Source of the DNA: an uncultured Candidatus Saccharibacteria bacterium
GTDB taxonomy: Bacteria > Patescibacteriota > Saccharimonadia > Saccharimonadales > CAYLGV01
Length of the DNA stretch: 64,000 bases
Direction: 5' to 3'
Assembly (NCBI GenBank): GCA_964394925.1
Contig: CAYMZG010000002.1
Location: 109,738 to 173,737, forward strand
The translations under genes were made by a program, and so were the position numbers. The first letter of the stretch is position 1. Each line of letters opens with the position of its first letter. Of this stretch, positions 34,762 through 43,867 are shown piece by piece. The notes beneath the pieces are model-generated. The model saw only the letters and a list, made by a program, of their open reading frames with translations, searched no databases and was not told the origin of the DNA.

Positions 34762-34868
34762 TGTCCGTAAGCAGGGGGGTTTGCTATAGCCAATCAGGAA
34801 AGCCAAGAACGAATGTTCCTTTGGCGGCTTTTAAGTACCCTGCGTCGGATGCTGCTGATGCATATACA
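34745..34868 (+). repeat. hairpin-tip repeat element, copy 2 (core sense on + strand)
   Basis: Same core, with TTAA in place of TCC near the 3' end. The 23-bp arms are 34745-34767 / 34846-34868. The left arm covers the last five codons and the TAG stop of the upstream CDS. All three non-WC pairs are G.U on the + strand. Confidence 0.9.
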
Positions 34869-34903
34869 TTTGGCGAGAGTGCGCTACAATATGCGTAAGC
34901 ATT

Positions 34904-36391
34904 ATGAAAACAGCGTTACTCTTGTATCCTCACCAGCTTTATCCTGTGCATGAACTTCCCAAAGTCGACACGGTGGTCGTTATGGAAGATCCACTGTATT
35001 TTGGGCGCGACCAGCAATTTCCACTGCAGCTTCATAAACAAAAGCTCATCTTACATCGTGCGTCATTAAGGCGTTACGTTGAGGAAGTGCTCTGGCCGGC
35101 CGATCTGAAAGTTGAATACATCGACCTGGATGTCTTTATGCAAACAGGGGAAGTGCTCGACCGTGTTAAGGGCGCTGAGCAAATCTTTGTTATTGATCCA
35201 ACTGATGAAGTGTTGACGCGTCGTTTGCTACAGGCACGCCGTGAGCGCACCGACTTACCAAATCTGACCTTCCTGCCAAGCCCTAATTTCTATCTCAAGG
35301 AATCTGAGCTTCGCCAGTTCTTTAAAGAGAGTCACAAGCAACCGTTCGCGGACTTTTATCAGTGGCAGCGCGAGCGTTTCAATGTGCTAATTAGTGAAGA
35401 CTATAAGCCAATTGGTGGCAAGTGGTGTCTGGAGAGCGGCGCACCGCGAAAATTGCCTGCCGAGTTACAATTGCCGAGTTTTCCAGTCTTTGGCGATAAC
35501 TCCTTCGTGACTGATGCCACAAAATGGGTGAACGAACATTTTCCGGATAATCCCGGTAGTACCGATTTTATCTGGCCAACCAACCATGCCGAAGCAGTCG
35601 AGTGGCTTAATGATTTCGTAACAAATCGCCTCGATAGTTATGCTGACTATGCTGCCACGATTGATCCTCGTTCGCCGTGGCTATTCCACAGCCTACTCGC
35701 TAGTAGCGTGAACATTGGCTTACTAACACCTCAACAGATTGTCCAGGCTGCTATTGATCAACATAACAAACAAGCAGTACCACTCGAGAGTCTTGAACTG
35801 TTTATTCGCCAGGTGCTTGGCTGGCGCGAATTTACGCGTGGCCAGTACCTCACTGACGCCCACGAGCTACGAAGCCACAATCCATATGGCCATAAACGCA
35901 AGTTAACTGCCAAGTGGTACCAGGGGACAACGGGGATCCCGCCGTTCGACGACCTTGTTAAAAAACTGCTCGCCCACAGTTATGCCTACCAAGCCGAGCA
36001 ACGCAATGTAGCCGCCAATCTTATGCTGCTGTGTGAAATTCATCCAGATGAGATACAGCGTTGGTTTAGCGAATTATGCCTCGACAGTTACGACTGGACG
36101 GTTGTACCGGCAGTCTATGGGGAGCAGCTGTTCGCTGGCGGGAGCACAGATGGCGTACCGCCCATTAGCCCCAGCGCTGACCTAATGGAAATGAGCCCCT
36201 ACACGCATGATATTTGGGCCGATGTATGGGATGGTCTCTTTTGGCGCTTCGTCGAGAAGCACCAAACAGCCCTCGGTAAAAATCCGCACACTCGACACTG
36301 GGTAGGGCAGCTAAAGAGACTTGATGACAACTACCGACGCATTGTGCATTACCGTGCCGAAGATTTCCTGAATCAGTACACGACGTTATAG
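34904..36391 (+). CDS. cryptochrome/photolyase-family protein (photolyase-related, COG3046-like)
   Basis: 495 aa with LGWREF and C-terminal photolyase-like helices. Confidence 0.7.
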   Translation: MKTALLLYPHQLYPVHELPKVDTVVVMEDPLYFGRDQQFPLQLHKQKLILHRASLRRYVEEVLWPADLKVEYIDLDVFMQTGEVLDRVKGAEQIFVIDPTDEVLTRRLLQARRERTDLPNLTFLPSPNFYLKESELRQFFKESHKQPFADFYQWQRERFNVLISEDYKPIGGKWCLESGAPRKLPAELQLPSFPVFGDNSFVTDATKWVNEHFPDNPGSTDFIWPTNHAEAVEWLNDFVTNRLDSYADYAATIDPRSPWLFHSLLASSVNIGLLTPQQIVQAAIDQHNKQAVPLESLELFIRQVLGWREFTRGQYLTDAHELRSHNPYGHKRKLTAKWYQGTTGIPPFDDLVKKLLAHSYAYQAEQRNVAANLMLLCEIHPDEIQRWFSELCLDSYDWTVVPAVYGEQLFAGGSTDGVPPISPSADLMEMSPYTHDIWADVWDGLFWRFVEKHQTALGKNPHTRHWVGQLKRLDDNYRRIVHYRAEDFLNQYTTL

Positions 36392-36464
36392 CGTACCACG
36401 CAGATATTGACAATTGGCAAGAAATGATACAATAGTAGCCTACGTAATGGAGTAGGACTGGTTC

Positions 36465-36893
36465 ATGGCAGAAGCTAAGAAGACAACCAAGAAGAAACGT
36501 ATTCAGAAGAGTGATGACGGCATGATCGTAACACTGCCGACAGTTAAAGTACCTGGCTGGCTGGAAGGGTTCGTGAGTTTTGTACGCGAACAGGGTGTTG
36601 TCGGCCTCGCCGTTGGTCTTATCCTGGGTGTAGCCGCAAAGTCGGTGATCGACTCACTTGTTAATAACATTTTTAATCCGATCATCGGCTTATTGTACGG
36701 TGGTGGTGACTTCAGTACGAAATACATCTGTTTAAAGCAAGAAATGCAGAATGGCAGCTTGGCTTGCACCAGCAAGCTTGGCTACGGCAGTTTCATTAAC
36801 ACGCTCATCAGCTTCATGATTGTGGCAGCTGTTGTGTATTTTGTGGTGAAAATCTTACGTCTCGACAAGCTTGATAAGAAAAAAGACTCTTAG
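36465..36893 (+). CDS. mscL: large-conductance mechanosensitive channel
   Basis: FVREQGVVGLAVGLILGVAAKSVIDSLVNNIFNPIIG is typical of MscL TM1. 142 aa. Confidence 0.85.
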   Translation: MAEAKKTTKKKRIQKSDDGMIVTLPTVKVPGWLEGFVSFVREQGVVGLAVGLILGVAAKSVIDSLVNNIFNPIIGLLYGGGDFSTKYICLKQEMQNGSLACTSKLGYGSFINTLISFMIVAAVVYFVVKILRLDKLDKKKDS

Positions 36894-36922
36894 ACCCCCT
36901 GAATTTTCGGTATAATAAAGGT

Positions 36923-37021
36923 ATGCAACTAAGTGATGAGGAGTGGCGTCATAAACTCACGCCCGAGCAGTATCGTGTGCTTTGTGAACAGGGAACTGAA
37001 GCCAGGGAGACCAAGGCTTGA
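36923..37021 (+). pseudogene. msrB: N-terminal remnant of methionine sulfoxide reductase B (32 codons)
   Basis: MQLSDEEWRHKLTPEQYRVLCEQGTE matches the conserved MsrB N-terminus, then diverges and stops. TATAAT at 36911-36916. Its TGA overlaps the next ATG (TGATG). Confidence 0.55.
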
Positions 37022-38520
37022 TGGACGACGATCTACGTAATCGATTCCGATCCACGCGCTCGTCTCGCCCCGAACCATATGGTTACGGAAGGCCAACTCG
37101 ACCCGCGCCAAGGCGGACTCCCCCCAAGGCACCGCAACAGCCTGCTCCTAAACCAGTGAAGCCAGTACAAGCACCGCCTCCCAAGCCTAGCCCCGTTGCT
37201 CCTGTGCTCGCCCCTAAGCCCGCCGTAAGTCTCCCATCATACACCCCTGACACTTCTGAAAAATTTGACCTAAAACCAGCGCCCACTAAGAAAATACACC
37301 AAAAAAAGAAGCGTAGTAAAAAGAAGATTCTTATTATTTCATTAATTATCTTACTCATTGGCTTGGCAGGTGCAGGTGGTTATTGGTTCTATGCCAAATC
37401 AAAGAATAAACAGCCCGTTGCGAGCAATCAGCAATCTACTACCCCAACAGACTCCAGCCCACAGCGTAGTGGCACCATAAAGATGGTGGCCGTTGGTGAT
37501 AGCCTCGCGTTCGACTCACTCACTAACGCTGCAAAAAAACCAGACGGCTCATACGATTACGCGCCAATGATGTCTAACTTTACGCCGTACTTCCAAAAGG
37601 CTGATGTTCGGGTATGTAATGAGTCTTCGCCTGGTGGTGGTGAAGCCGATGGCCTCTCCCTCAGCGGTTACCCAACGTTTAACGCTCCACTGGGCTGGAA
37701 CACGAGCTTTGCTACGGCTGGATGTAATGTTATGAATCTGGCCAGTGAACACACTAATGACAAGGGTCAAACAGCTATCAATAACATGTTAAAAAGCTGG
37801 AGCGAGCAGAAGAATATTTTGGCAACAGCTGGGGCAAACAGCAGCACCGACGAGCAAAGCAAAGTCCGCTACTTTACTGTTAAAGATGTTACGTTTGCCT
37901 ATCTGGCATACACTACCACGAGTGCTAACAAAGACGGGCAGCCATACGGCGTAAACATCTATAGCGATAACTTGGCAGACCAACAGATTGGTGAGGCACG
38001 CAAGAAGGCTAACCTAGTAATTGTGAGCATAAACTGGGGATCAGAGAATGGCGTCGATATTTCACCCGAACAGGATAAGATTGCTCAACATTTGGCCGAC
38101 CAAAATGCAGATGTAGTCTTGGGTGGCGGCCCCCGTGTATTGCAACCGGTCAAGGTTTTGAGTGGCAAAAGTGGCCATCAATCACTTGTGTGGTTCTCAC
38201 TCGGCAACTTCCTTAACTCCATGACTGGCGCAAATAATCTGGTAGGCGGCATGGCAATCATGGAATTTGATGCCAATTCATTAAAACTTAATGATCCAAA
38301 ACTTATGCCGGTCTACATGCACTACGAATGGACGGCGCAACAAAAGGCCTCAAATAATGTGGCTGCCCGAACAAACTTCAAGCTGTACCCACTCGATCAG
38401 GCAGAGCCACTGTTACCAAAGTCACAGCTTAATACTTCTGTTGCAGCTCTAACAAGCCAAGCTTCGGCTACAATCACGAAATTTGCCCCCATCAAAATAA
38501 TCACCAGCTCAGAATATTAA
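37021..38520 (+). CDS. CapA/PGA_cap-family metallophosphatase-like protein with Pro-rich N-terminus and TM anchor
   Basis: MVAVGDSL, NLASEHTND and SINWGSEN motifs after a TM helix. Confidence 0.65.
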   Translation: MDDDLRNRFRSTRSSRPEPYGYGRPTRPAPRRTPPKAPQQPAPKPVKPVQAPPPKPSPVAPVLAPKPAVSLPSYTPDTSEKFDLKPAPTKKIHQKKKRSKKKILIISLIILLIGLAGAGGYWFYAKSKNKQPVASNQQSTTPTDSSPQRSGTIKMVAVGDSLAFDSLTNAAKKPDGSYDYAPMMSNFTPYFQKADVRVCNESSPGGGEADGLSLSGYPTFNAPLGWNTSFATAGCNVMNLASEHTNDKGQTAINNMLKSWSEQKNILATAGANSSTDEQSKVRYFTVKDVTFAYLAYTTTSANKDGQPYGVNIYSDNLADQQIGEARKKANLVIVSINWGSENGVDISPEQDKIAQHLADQNADVVLGGGPRVLQPVKVLSGKSGHQSLVWFSLGNFLNSMTGANNLVGGMAIMEFDANSLKLNDPKLMPVYMHYEWTAQQKASNNVAARTNFKLYPLDQAEPLLPKSQLNTSVAALTSQASATITKFAPIKIITSSEY

Positions 38521-38629
38521 CCCCAGCTTATTTATCCCAGGGTACGGAAAGCCGCCAAAGGAACATTCGTTCTTGGCTTTCCTGATTGGCTATAGCAAAC
38601 CCCCTGGGATAAATAAGCTGGGGTTAATA
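38515..38629 (-). repeat. hairpin-tip repeat element, copy 3 (core sense on - strand)
   Basis: The core is in reverse orientation. It is enclosed by a perfect 28-bp inverted repeat (38515-38542 / 38602-38629) that includes the last codon TAT and the TAA stop of the upstream CDS. Confidence 0.9.
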
Positions 38630-38657
38630 CAGAACATGTGGGGTATAATCGGGGCAT

Positions 38658-39221
38658 ATGAGTGACAAACAATACGTTCCAAAGAAGCTACTCTGGGTTG
38701 ACCTAGAGATGACCGGCCTTGACCCAAAAGAAGATGTTATTTTAGAGGTTGCCGCCGAGATTACCGACATAAACTTTCAGACCCTGGCGAGTTATGAGGC
38801 ACGCCTCAAACAAGATCATGACACTGTTGTAAAGCGCATGCAGGCGAACATCTGGTGGAAGGAATTTCCAGCAAACCGTGACCAGTTTATTGAGAAGCTC
38901 GATGAAGGCAAAGCTCCTGAGGTGGTGGAGCAGGAATTAGTTGCGCTTGTTAAGGAGCAATTTGGCGACGACTTGGCCGTTCTGGCAGGCAACTCTATTC
39001 ATAATGACCGAAGTTTTATCTCGCAGTGGATGCCAAATCTTGATTTGCTGCTGCACTACCGCATGCTTGATGTGTCGAGCTGGAAGCTGGTTATGCAAAG
39101 TCGCTATCAAGTACAGTTTGAAAAGCCCGATGTCCACCGTGCCTTCGATGATATTCAAGCCAGCATCGCCGAACTTGATTTTTACCTCGATTGGTTCAAG
39201 AAGCACCAGGATAGTAATTGA
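38658..39221 (+). CDS. orn: oligoribonuclease
   Basis: LLWVDLEMTGLDP, GNSIHNDRSFI and HYRMLDVSS motifs. Confidence 0.9.
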   Translation: MSDKQYVPKKLLWVDLEMTGLDPKEDVILEVAAEITDINFQTLASYEARLKQDHDTVVKRMQANIWWKEFPANRDQFIEKLDEGKAPEVVEQELVALVKEQFGDDLAVLAGNSIHNDRSFISQWMPNLDLLLHYRMLDVSSWKLVMQSRYQVQFEKPDVHRAFDDIQASIAELDFYLDWFKKHQDSN

Positions 39222-39566
39222 ATGGATCATAAAACAGTTGAGACATATGTGCTCAGTATGCCCAATGCCCAGCTGACATATCCATTTGGTGAAGGGGTTG
39301 CTGTGTATAAGGTGAACGATAAAATGTTTGCGCTCATTCAGGAGGGGCGCGAGCCAGTTCGCATCAGTCTTAAGTGCGACCCACAGCTTTCAAAACTACT
39401 TCGAGAACGGTACGAGACGGTTATGGAGGGCTATCATCTAAATAAAAAACACTGGAATACTGTGTTGTTGAGTGGCCAACTCCCCTGGGAGGATATCCAG
39501 GGGCTCATTCGGCACAGCTATGATTTAGTGGCGGGCATAGACGAGGCAGTACCAACTATTGACTAG
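39222..39566 (+). CDS. MmcQ/YjbR-family DNA-binding protein
   Basis: YPFGEGVAVYKVNDKMFALI ... KHWNTV. Confidence 0.75.
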   Translation: MDHKTVETYVLSMPNAQLTYPFGEGVAVYKVNDKMFALIQEGREPVRISLKCDPQLSKLLRERYETVMEGYHLNKKHWNTVLLSGQLPWEDIQGLIRHSYDLVAGIDEAVPTID

Positions 39567-40215
39567 TCGGTGCATTACCGTCTGGCACCAACAGGGCAAT
39601 TTGTTGGTCGTAAGCTTTCAATGTATCACGAGATTTCTTGCTACTTACCTCTGTGCGTAGTCGTTCGAGGGTGCGACGATACGTTAAGAGTTGCGTCTTA
39701 TAAACGAGACTAAACGTTTGATCAAATTGATTAGTTTGATCCGCGGCGGTTAGGGTTGCATCGGTTTTTGTATTCTTGCCAAGTTGTAATTGTTTTTGTG
39801 AGACCTTAACCCCAGCTTTCTTGGCCATCGATTGGATTGGCCCTTGCTGTGAAATGATGGTGTATTTTGCTGTCACGGCATAGTTCTTGGTATCTGACTG
39901 CTTGGCCTTATTGATACCAATATCGGCAATGCGAATCAGTTCGGCTTGTTGTTGCTCGAGGCTGGTGAAGTCTTCTTTGGTACCACCACTTGAACCGGTT
40001 AGTAGCGAGAAGACAATAACGCCCACAATTAGCAAGAGAGCTAGCCCCGCTACAAAGATCAGTATTCGTTGCTTTTTGGAATTGCCACTTGGTAGCATAG
40101 AGCGTTTCTGTTTGGGTGCATCGTTCAAAAAGTCATACGGATTATGAGGGCTCCCGCCAGGTGCTATTGGTGGTGGTGCGGGTGGTGCGTTGTGCGCGTG
40201 CATAAGCATTATCAT
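39556..40215 (-). CDS. hypothetical single-TM protein (start 40215, 40209 or 40203)
   Basis: Pro-rich N-terminus, TM helix ILIFVAGLALLLIVGVIVFSLL, external domain. No RBS visible. Confidence 0.5.
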   Translation of the reverse strand: MIMLMHAHNAPPAPPPIAPGGSPHNPYDFLNDAPKQKRSMLPSGNSKKQRILIFVAGLALLLIVGVIVFSLLTGSSGGTKEDFTSLEQQQAELIRIADIGINKAKQSDTKNYAVTAKYTIISQQGPIQSMAKKAGVKVSQKQLQLGKNTKTDATLTAADQTNQFDQTFSLVYKTQLLTYRRTLERLRTEVSSKKSRDTLKAYDQQIALLVPDGNAPTSQ

Positions 40216-40307
40216 ATAGGTGAACGGGGGTCTGGTAAAGTGGCTTATGCTGATCAAACAGATAAGAATAGCTGGACAGAGGCGTTACCACCTGCCAAAC
40301 TTGTGGT

Positions 40308-42065
40308 ATGGATGCGGTAGAGGACATAAAAGCACGGTTGGCAATCGAGGATGTCGTGAGTGAATATGTGCAGTTAAAACGGGCTGGCCGAAACTTTAAA
40401 GGCCTCAGTCCATTTAATGAAGAGAAGACGCCAAGCTTTGTGGTGAGCCCCGAAAAACAGATATGGCATGACTTTAGCTCGGGCAAGGGTGGCAACATGT
40501 TTAGCTTTGTTATGGAGATGGAGGGTGTTGATTTTCGGGGTGCTATGGAGCTGCTGGCACGTAAGGCGGGCATTGACCTCGACCAATACCAAGGGCGAAC
40601 TCGCAGTAACACGAAACTCAAAGCACGCCTACACGATGCGCTTGAGGCGGCTGCTCATTTTTACCAGGTGCAATTTAGCAAGAACAAGACAGCCCTCGAA
40701 TATGTGCTGGGCAAACGGCAGTTTGCTAAAGACACCGCATTATTGTTCCGATTAGGCTATGCTCCGAATAACGGTACTGCCTTAATCGACTTTCTGAAGA
40801 AAAAAGGCTTTACCGAGAAAGAACTACAGCAAGCGGGTCTAACTGCCAGGCGCTATAACGGTATAGGAGACATGTTCCGTGGTCGTTTGATGATTCCCCT
40901 ACAAGACCCGCAGGGGCAGGTGATTGGTTTTACGGCGCGCCTGCTCGACGACGACCCAAACGCCCCAAAATACATCAATACGCCCCAAACGGTGTTGTAC
41001 GACAAGTCGCGCCATGTATACGGACTGCATTTGGCGAAAGATAAGATTCGTCGTGAAGGTTTTGCAGTTTTGACCGAAGGAAACCTGGATGTGATTGCCA
41101 GTCACCAAACGGGCGTGACCAACGTGGTGGCAACGGCAGGCACGGCACTCACTGAGCCACATTTGAAAAGCATTGGGCGCTTCGCGGGTGACATTCGCTT
41201 GGCCTTTGATGCTGATAAGGCTGGACTGGCTGCTACCGAGCGTGCCATTCCAATTGCCAGTAAAGTTAACGTTTCATTAAGTATTATTAGTATTCCCGAG
41301 GGCAAAGACCCCGATGAGTTAATTCGCAATAACCCCGTTTTATGGGAAGAGGCGATTAGCCAACCGCAATATGCTTTGGACTGGCTGATTGATCGTTATC
41401 AGGCTCAGCTCGATCTCTCCACCGGGCAGGGTAAACGACGATTCAGTGACGTCTTACTCCCAACAGTACGAGGTTTGCAAGACCCGGTTGAGCAGGATCA
41501 TTATCTTCAGCAGATCGCTCGGTTAACAGGGGTGCGCGTTGAAGCGCTCGAAACCAAACTTGGTACCGAAGATGCACCCAAACGATTGCGTAAGCGCGTG
41601 CCAGCTAATAACATACAGCTCGATCAGCAGCAACTAGAGTGGGCTAAGGCACAAGATCATTTGCTGGCTATCACGCTTATGCGGCCGGCCACGCGTGATT
41701 TACTCGATATTGTAGATCCGGAGATGCTGCCGCAAGAAACAGGTCGCATACTGTTAAATTACCTCGAGGCTCACCCAGATTTTGATGGTAACCTACAGCA
41801 CGCCCCACTTTTGCGTGAAATTGCCGACTATGTTAAAATAATCGCATTACAGTACGAGGCGTTATTTATAGATTTAGATGAGCACGAAGCGCGCTACGAA
41901 GGCAATCGGCTCAGGATCCGCCTAATTGATACATATGTAAAAATCAAAAAAGCTCAAATAGCAGAGGCCCTCCAGACGAGTGATGACGACCTGTCACGGC
42001 AGTTACTTGCCCAAGTCAAAGCGCTCGATATGCTTCTCAAAAAAGGCCAAGAACAGCTAAGTTAA
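40308..42065 (+). CDS. dnaG: DNA primase
   Basis: EEKTPSFVV zinc-binding-domain scaffold, TOPRIM region (EGNLDV, DADKAGLAAT), 585 aa. Confidence 0.9.
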   Translation: MDAVEDIKARLAIEDVVSEYVQLKRAGRNFKGLSPFNEEKTPSFVVSPEKQIWHDFSSGKGGNMFSFVMEMEGVDFRGAMELLARKAGIDLDQYQGRTRSNTKLKARLHDALEAAAHFYQVQFSKNKTALEYVLGKRQFAKDTALLFRLGYAPNNGTALIDFLKKKGFTEKELQQAGLTARRYNGIGDMFRGRLMIPLQDPQGQVIGFTARLLDDDPNAPKYINTPQTVLYDKSRHVYGLHLAKDKIRREGFAVLTEGNLDVIASHQTGVTNVVATAGTALTEPHLKSIGRFAGDIRLAFDADKAGLAATERAIPIASKVNVSLSIISIPEGKDPDELIRNNPVLWEEAISQPQYALDWLIDRYQAQLDLSTGQGKRRFSDVLLPTVRGLQDPVEQDHYLQQIARLTGVRVEALETKLGTEDAPKRLRKRVPANNIQLDQQQLEWAKAQDHLLAITLMRPATRDLLDIVDPEMLPQETGRILLNYLEAHPDFDGNLQHAPLLREIADYVKIIALQYEALFIDLDEHEARYEGNRLRIRLIDTYVKIKKAQIAEALQTSDDDLSRQLLAQVKALDMLLKKGQEQLS

Positions 42066-42085
42066 TCTCTTTATAAGGAGTACGA

Positions 42086-43222
42086 ATGGTAGCAAAAGCA
42101 AAGACCAAAGCAGCGCCAGCTGCGCCAGCGCCCGATGAAGGCATGGTAGCTATAAAAGACGAGTTGGTTACCAAGGCCAAGGCGGCCGCCAAGATTGATC
42201 AAAAAGTAATAAATGCTGCGATTCCCGATGTGCCAGAAAACGCCGAGATTCTTGATCAGCTATACACAGAGCTTGCCGATGGTAACATCGAGATTACTGG
42301 CGCTCCTGAACCGACTGTTGATTTTACCGATGAATGGGCTGCCGAAGACGACGAGGAAATCGTTATTGACGAAAAAATGTATCTCGACGATATTGCCGAC
42401 GACTCTGTTCGTTTGTACCTGCGTGAAATTGGTAAAATACCTCTGTTAACCGCAGAAGAAGAGCTTGAACTTGCGCAGCGCGTGGTAGCGGGTGACAAGC
42501 GTGCCAAAGACCAAATGGCCGAGGCTAACATGCGTTTGGTGGTATCGATTGCCAAGCGTTACGTTGGTCGTGGACTTGATCTTCTCGACCTCATTCAAGA
42601 GGGCAACACGGGTCTACTTCGTGCGGTTGAGAAGTTCGACCCTGACAAAGGCTTTAAGTTTTCGACCTATGCTACCTGGTGGATTCGCCAGGCCATTACA
42701 CGTGCTATCGCTGACCAAGCCCGTACCATCCGTATTCCGGTGCACATGGTGGAAACCATCAACAAGTTGCTGCGTACGCAGCGCCGCTTAACCCAGGAAC
42801 TCAACCGCGAACCAACCAACGAAGAAATTGCCAAAGCGATGGAAATCGACGTTGAAAAAGTTGAACACATCATGAAGATCAAACAGGATATTTCCTCGCT
42901 CGATGCTTCAGTGCGTGATGACGAAGAAGACTCAGTGCTGGCTGACTTTATTGAAGACGAAGATACTATTAGCCCTGAAGAATCGGCGACCAACCAGCTT
43001 TTGAAAGAGCATGTTAAAGATATGCTCGGTGCGCTTACCGAACGAGAACAAAAAATACTCAAACTGCGTTTTGGTCTAGAAGACGGCAAAAGCCACACGC
43101 TCGAAGAAGTAGGTCAGGAGTTCAGTGTGACACGTGAGCGCATTCGTCAAATCGAAGCCAAGGCCCTTGCTAAGCTTCGCAAGCACAAAGACGCAAAGAA
43201 ACTCCACGACTATATTAAGTAG
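42086..43222 (+). CDS. rpoD: primary RNA polymerase sigma factor
   Basis: YLREIG, region 2 ([26 protein letters not shown]) and region 4 ([24 protein letters not shown]). Confidence 0.95.
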   Translation: MVAKAKTKAAPAAPAPDEGMVAIKDELVTKAKAAAKIDQKVINAAIPDVPENAEILDQLYTELADGNIEITGAPEPTVDFTDEWAAEDDEEIVIDEKMYLDDIADDSVRLYLREIGKIPLLTAEEELELAQRVVAGDKRAKDQMAEANMRLVVSIAKRYVGRGLDLLDLIQEGNTGLLRAVEKFDPDKGFKFSTYATWWIRQAITRAIADQARTIRIPVHMVETINKLLRTQRRLTQELNREPTNEEIAKAMEIDVEKVEHIMKIKQDISSLDASVRDDEEDSVLADFIEDEDTISPEESATNQLLKEHVKDMLGALTEREQKILKLRFGLEDGKSHTLEEVGQEFSVTRERIRQIEAKALAKLRKHKDAKKLHDYIK

Positions 43223-43258
43223 TGCAGTGAACGGTTACTTCGAGGTACAATACAATTG

Positions 43259-43864
43259 ATGAGAATTATTGGAATTGGCGGATTACCACGTAGCGGCAAG
43301 GATGCACTTGCCGAGTTGTTTATGAAAGACGGCTACTTTGGTATCTCATTCGGCGACGTAGTACGTGGTTTTTCATATGAGCGCCATAAAGATAAGCCGG
43401 ATCCTATCTCTGTTGAGAACATGACTGAAACCTCTAACTGGCTCCGTGAGACTCGTGGGTCAGACGTTATTCTGCAAGAGGCTTTGAAGGCGTTTGAAAA
43501 GGCACAAGCCGAAGGCGGTAATTATAAGGGGCTGTTACTTTGGAGCGTGCGTGCACCCGTTGAAGTCGACTGGATACTGGCTCACCATGGTGGCTTGGTT
43601 TGGATTGAAGCTGATCCTGAGGTGCGTCACGAACGCTGGCTGAAGCATCTGCGCGAAGGTGAGATGCCAGTTTCACTCGAAGATTTTACCCAACAGGAAA
43701 TGCTCCAATGGAAACCACAACCAGGCATACCTGAGGCGGTGCAAATGAACATCGCATACGTAAAAGAAAAAGCCACCTTCACGCTCGTTAATAATGAGGA
43801 TGGTTACGAGACTTTCCTGGATAAAGCCAAGGCTCTGGCTAAAACAATCGAGGCCCAGAAGTAG
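43259..43864 (+). CDS. P-loop nucleoside/nucleotide kinase-like protein
   Basis: IGIGGLPRSGKD Walker A-like motif. About 200 aa. Confidence 0.5.
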   Translation: MRIIGIGGLPRSGKDALAELFMKDGYFGISFGDVVRGFSYERHKDKPDPISVENMTETSNWLRETRGSDVILQEALKAFEKAQAEGGNYKGLLLWSVRAPVEVDWILAHHGGLVWIEADPEVRHERWLKHLREGEMPVSLEDFTQQEMLQWKPQPGIPEAVQMNIAYVKEKATFTLVNNEDGYETFLDKAKALAKTIEAQK

Positions 43865-43867
43865 CTT

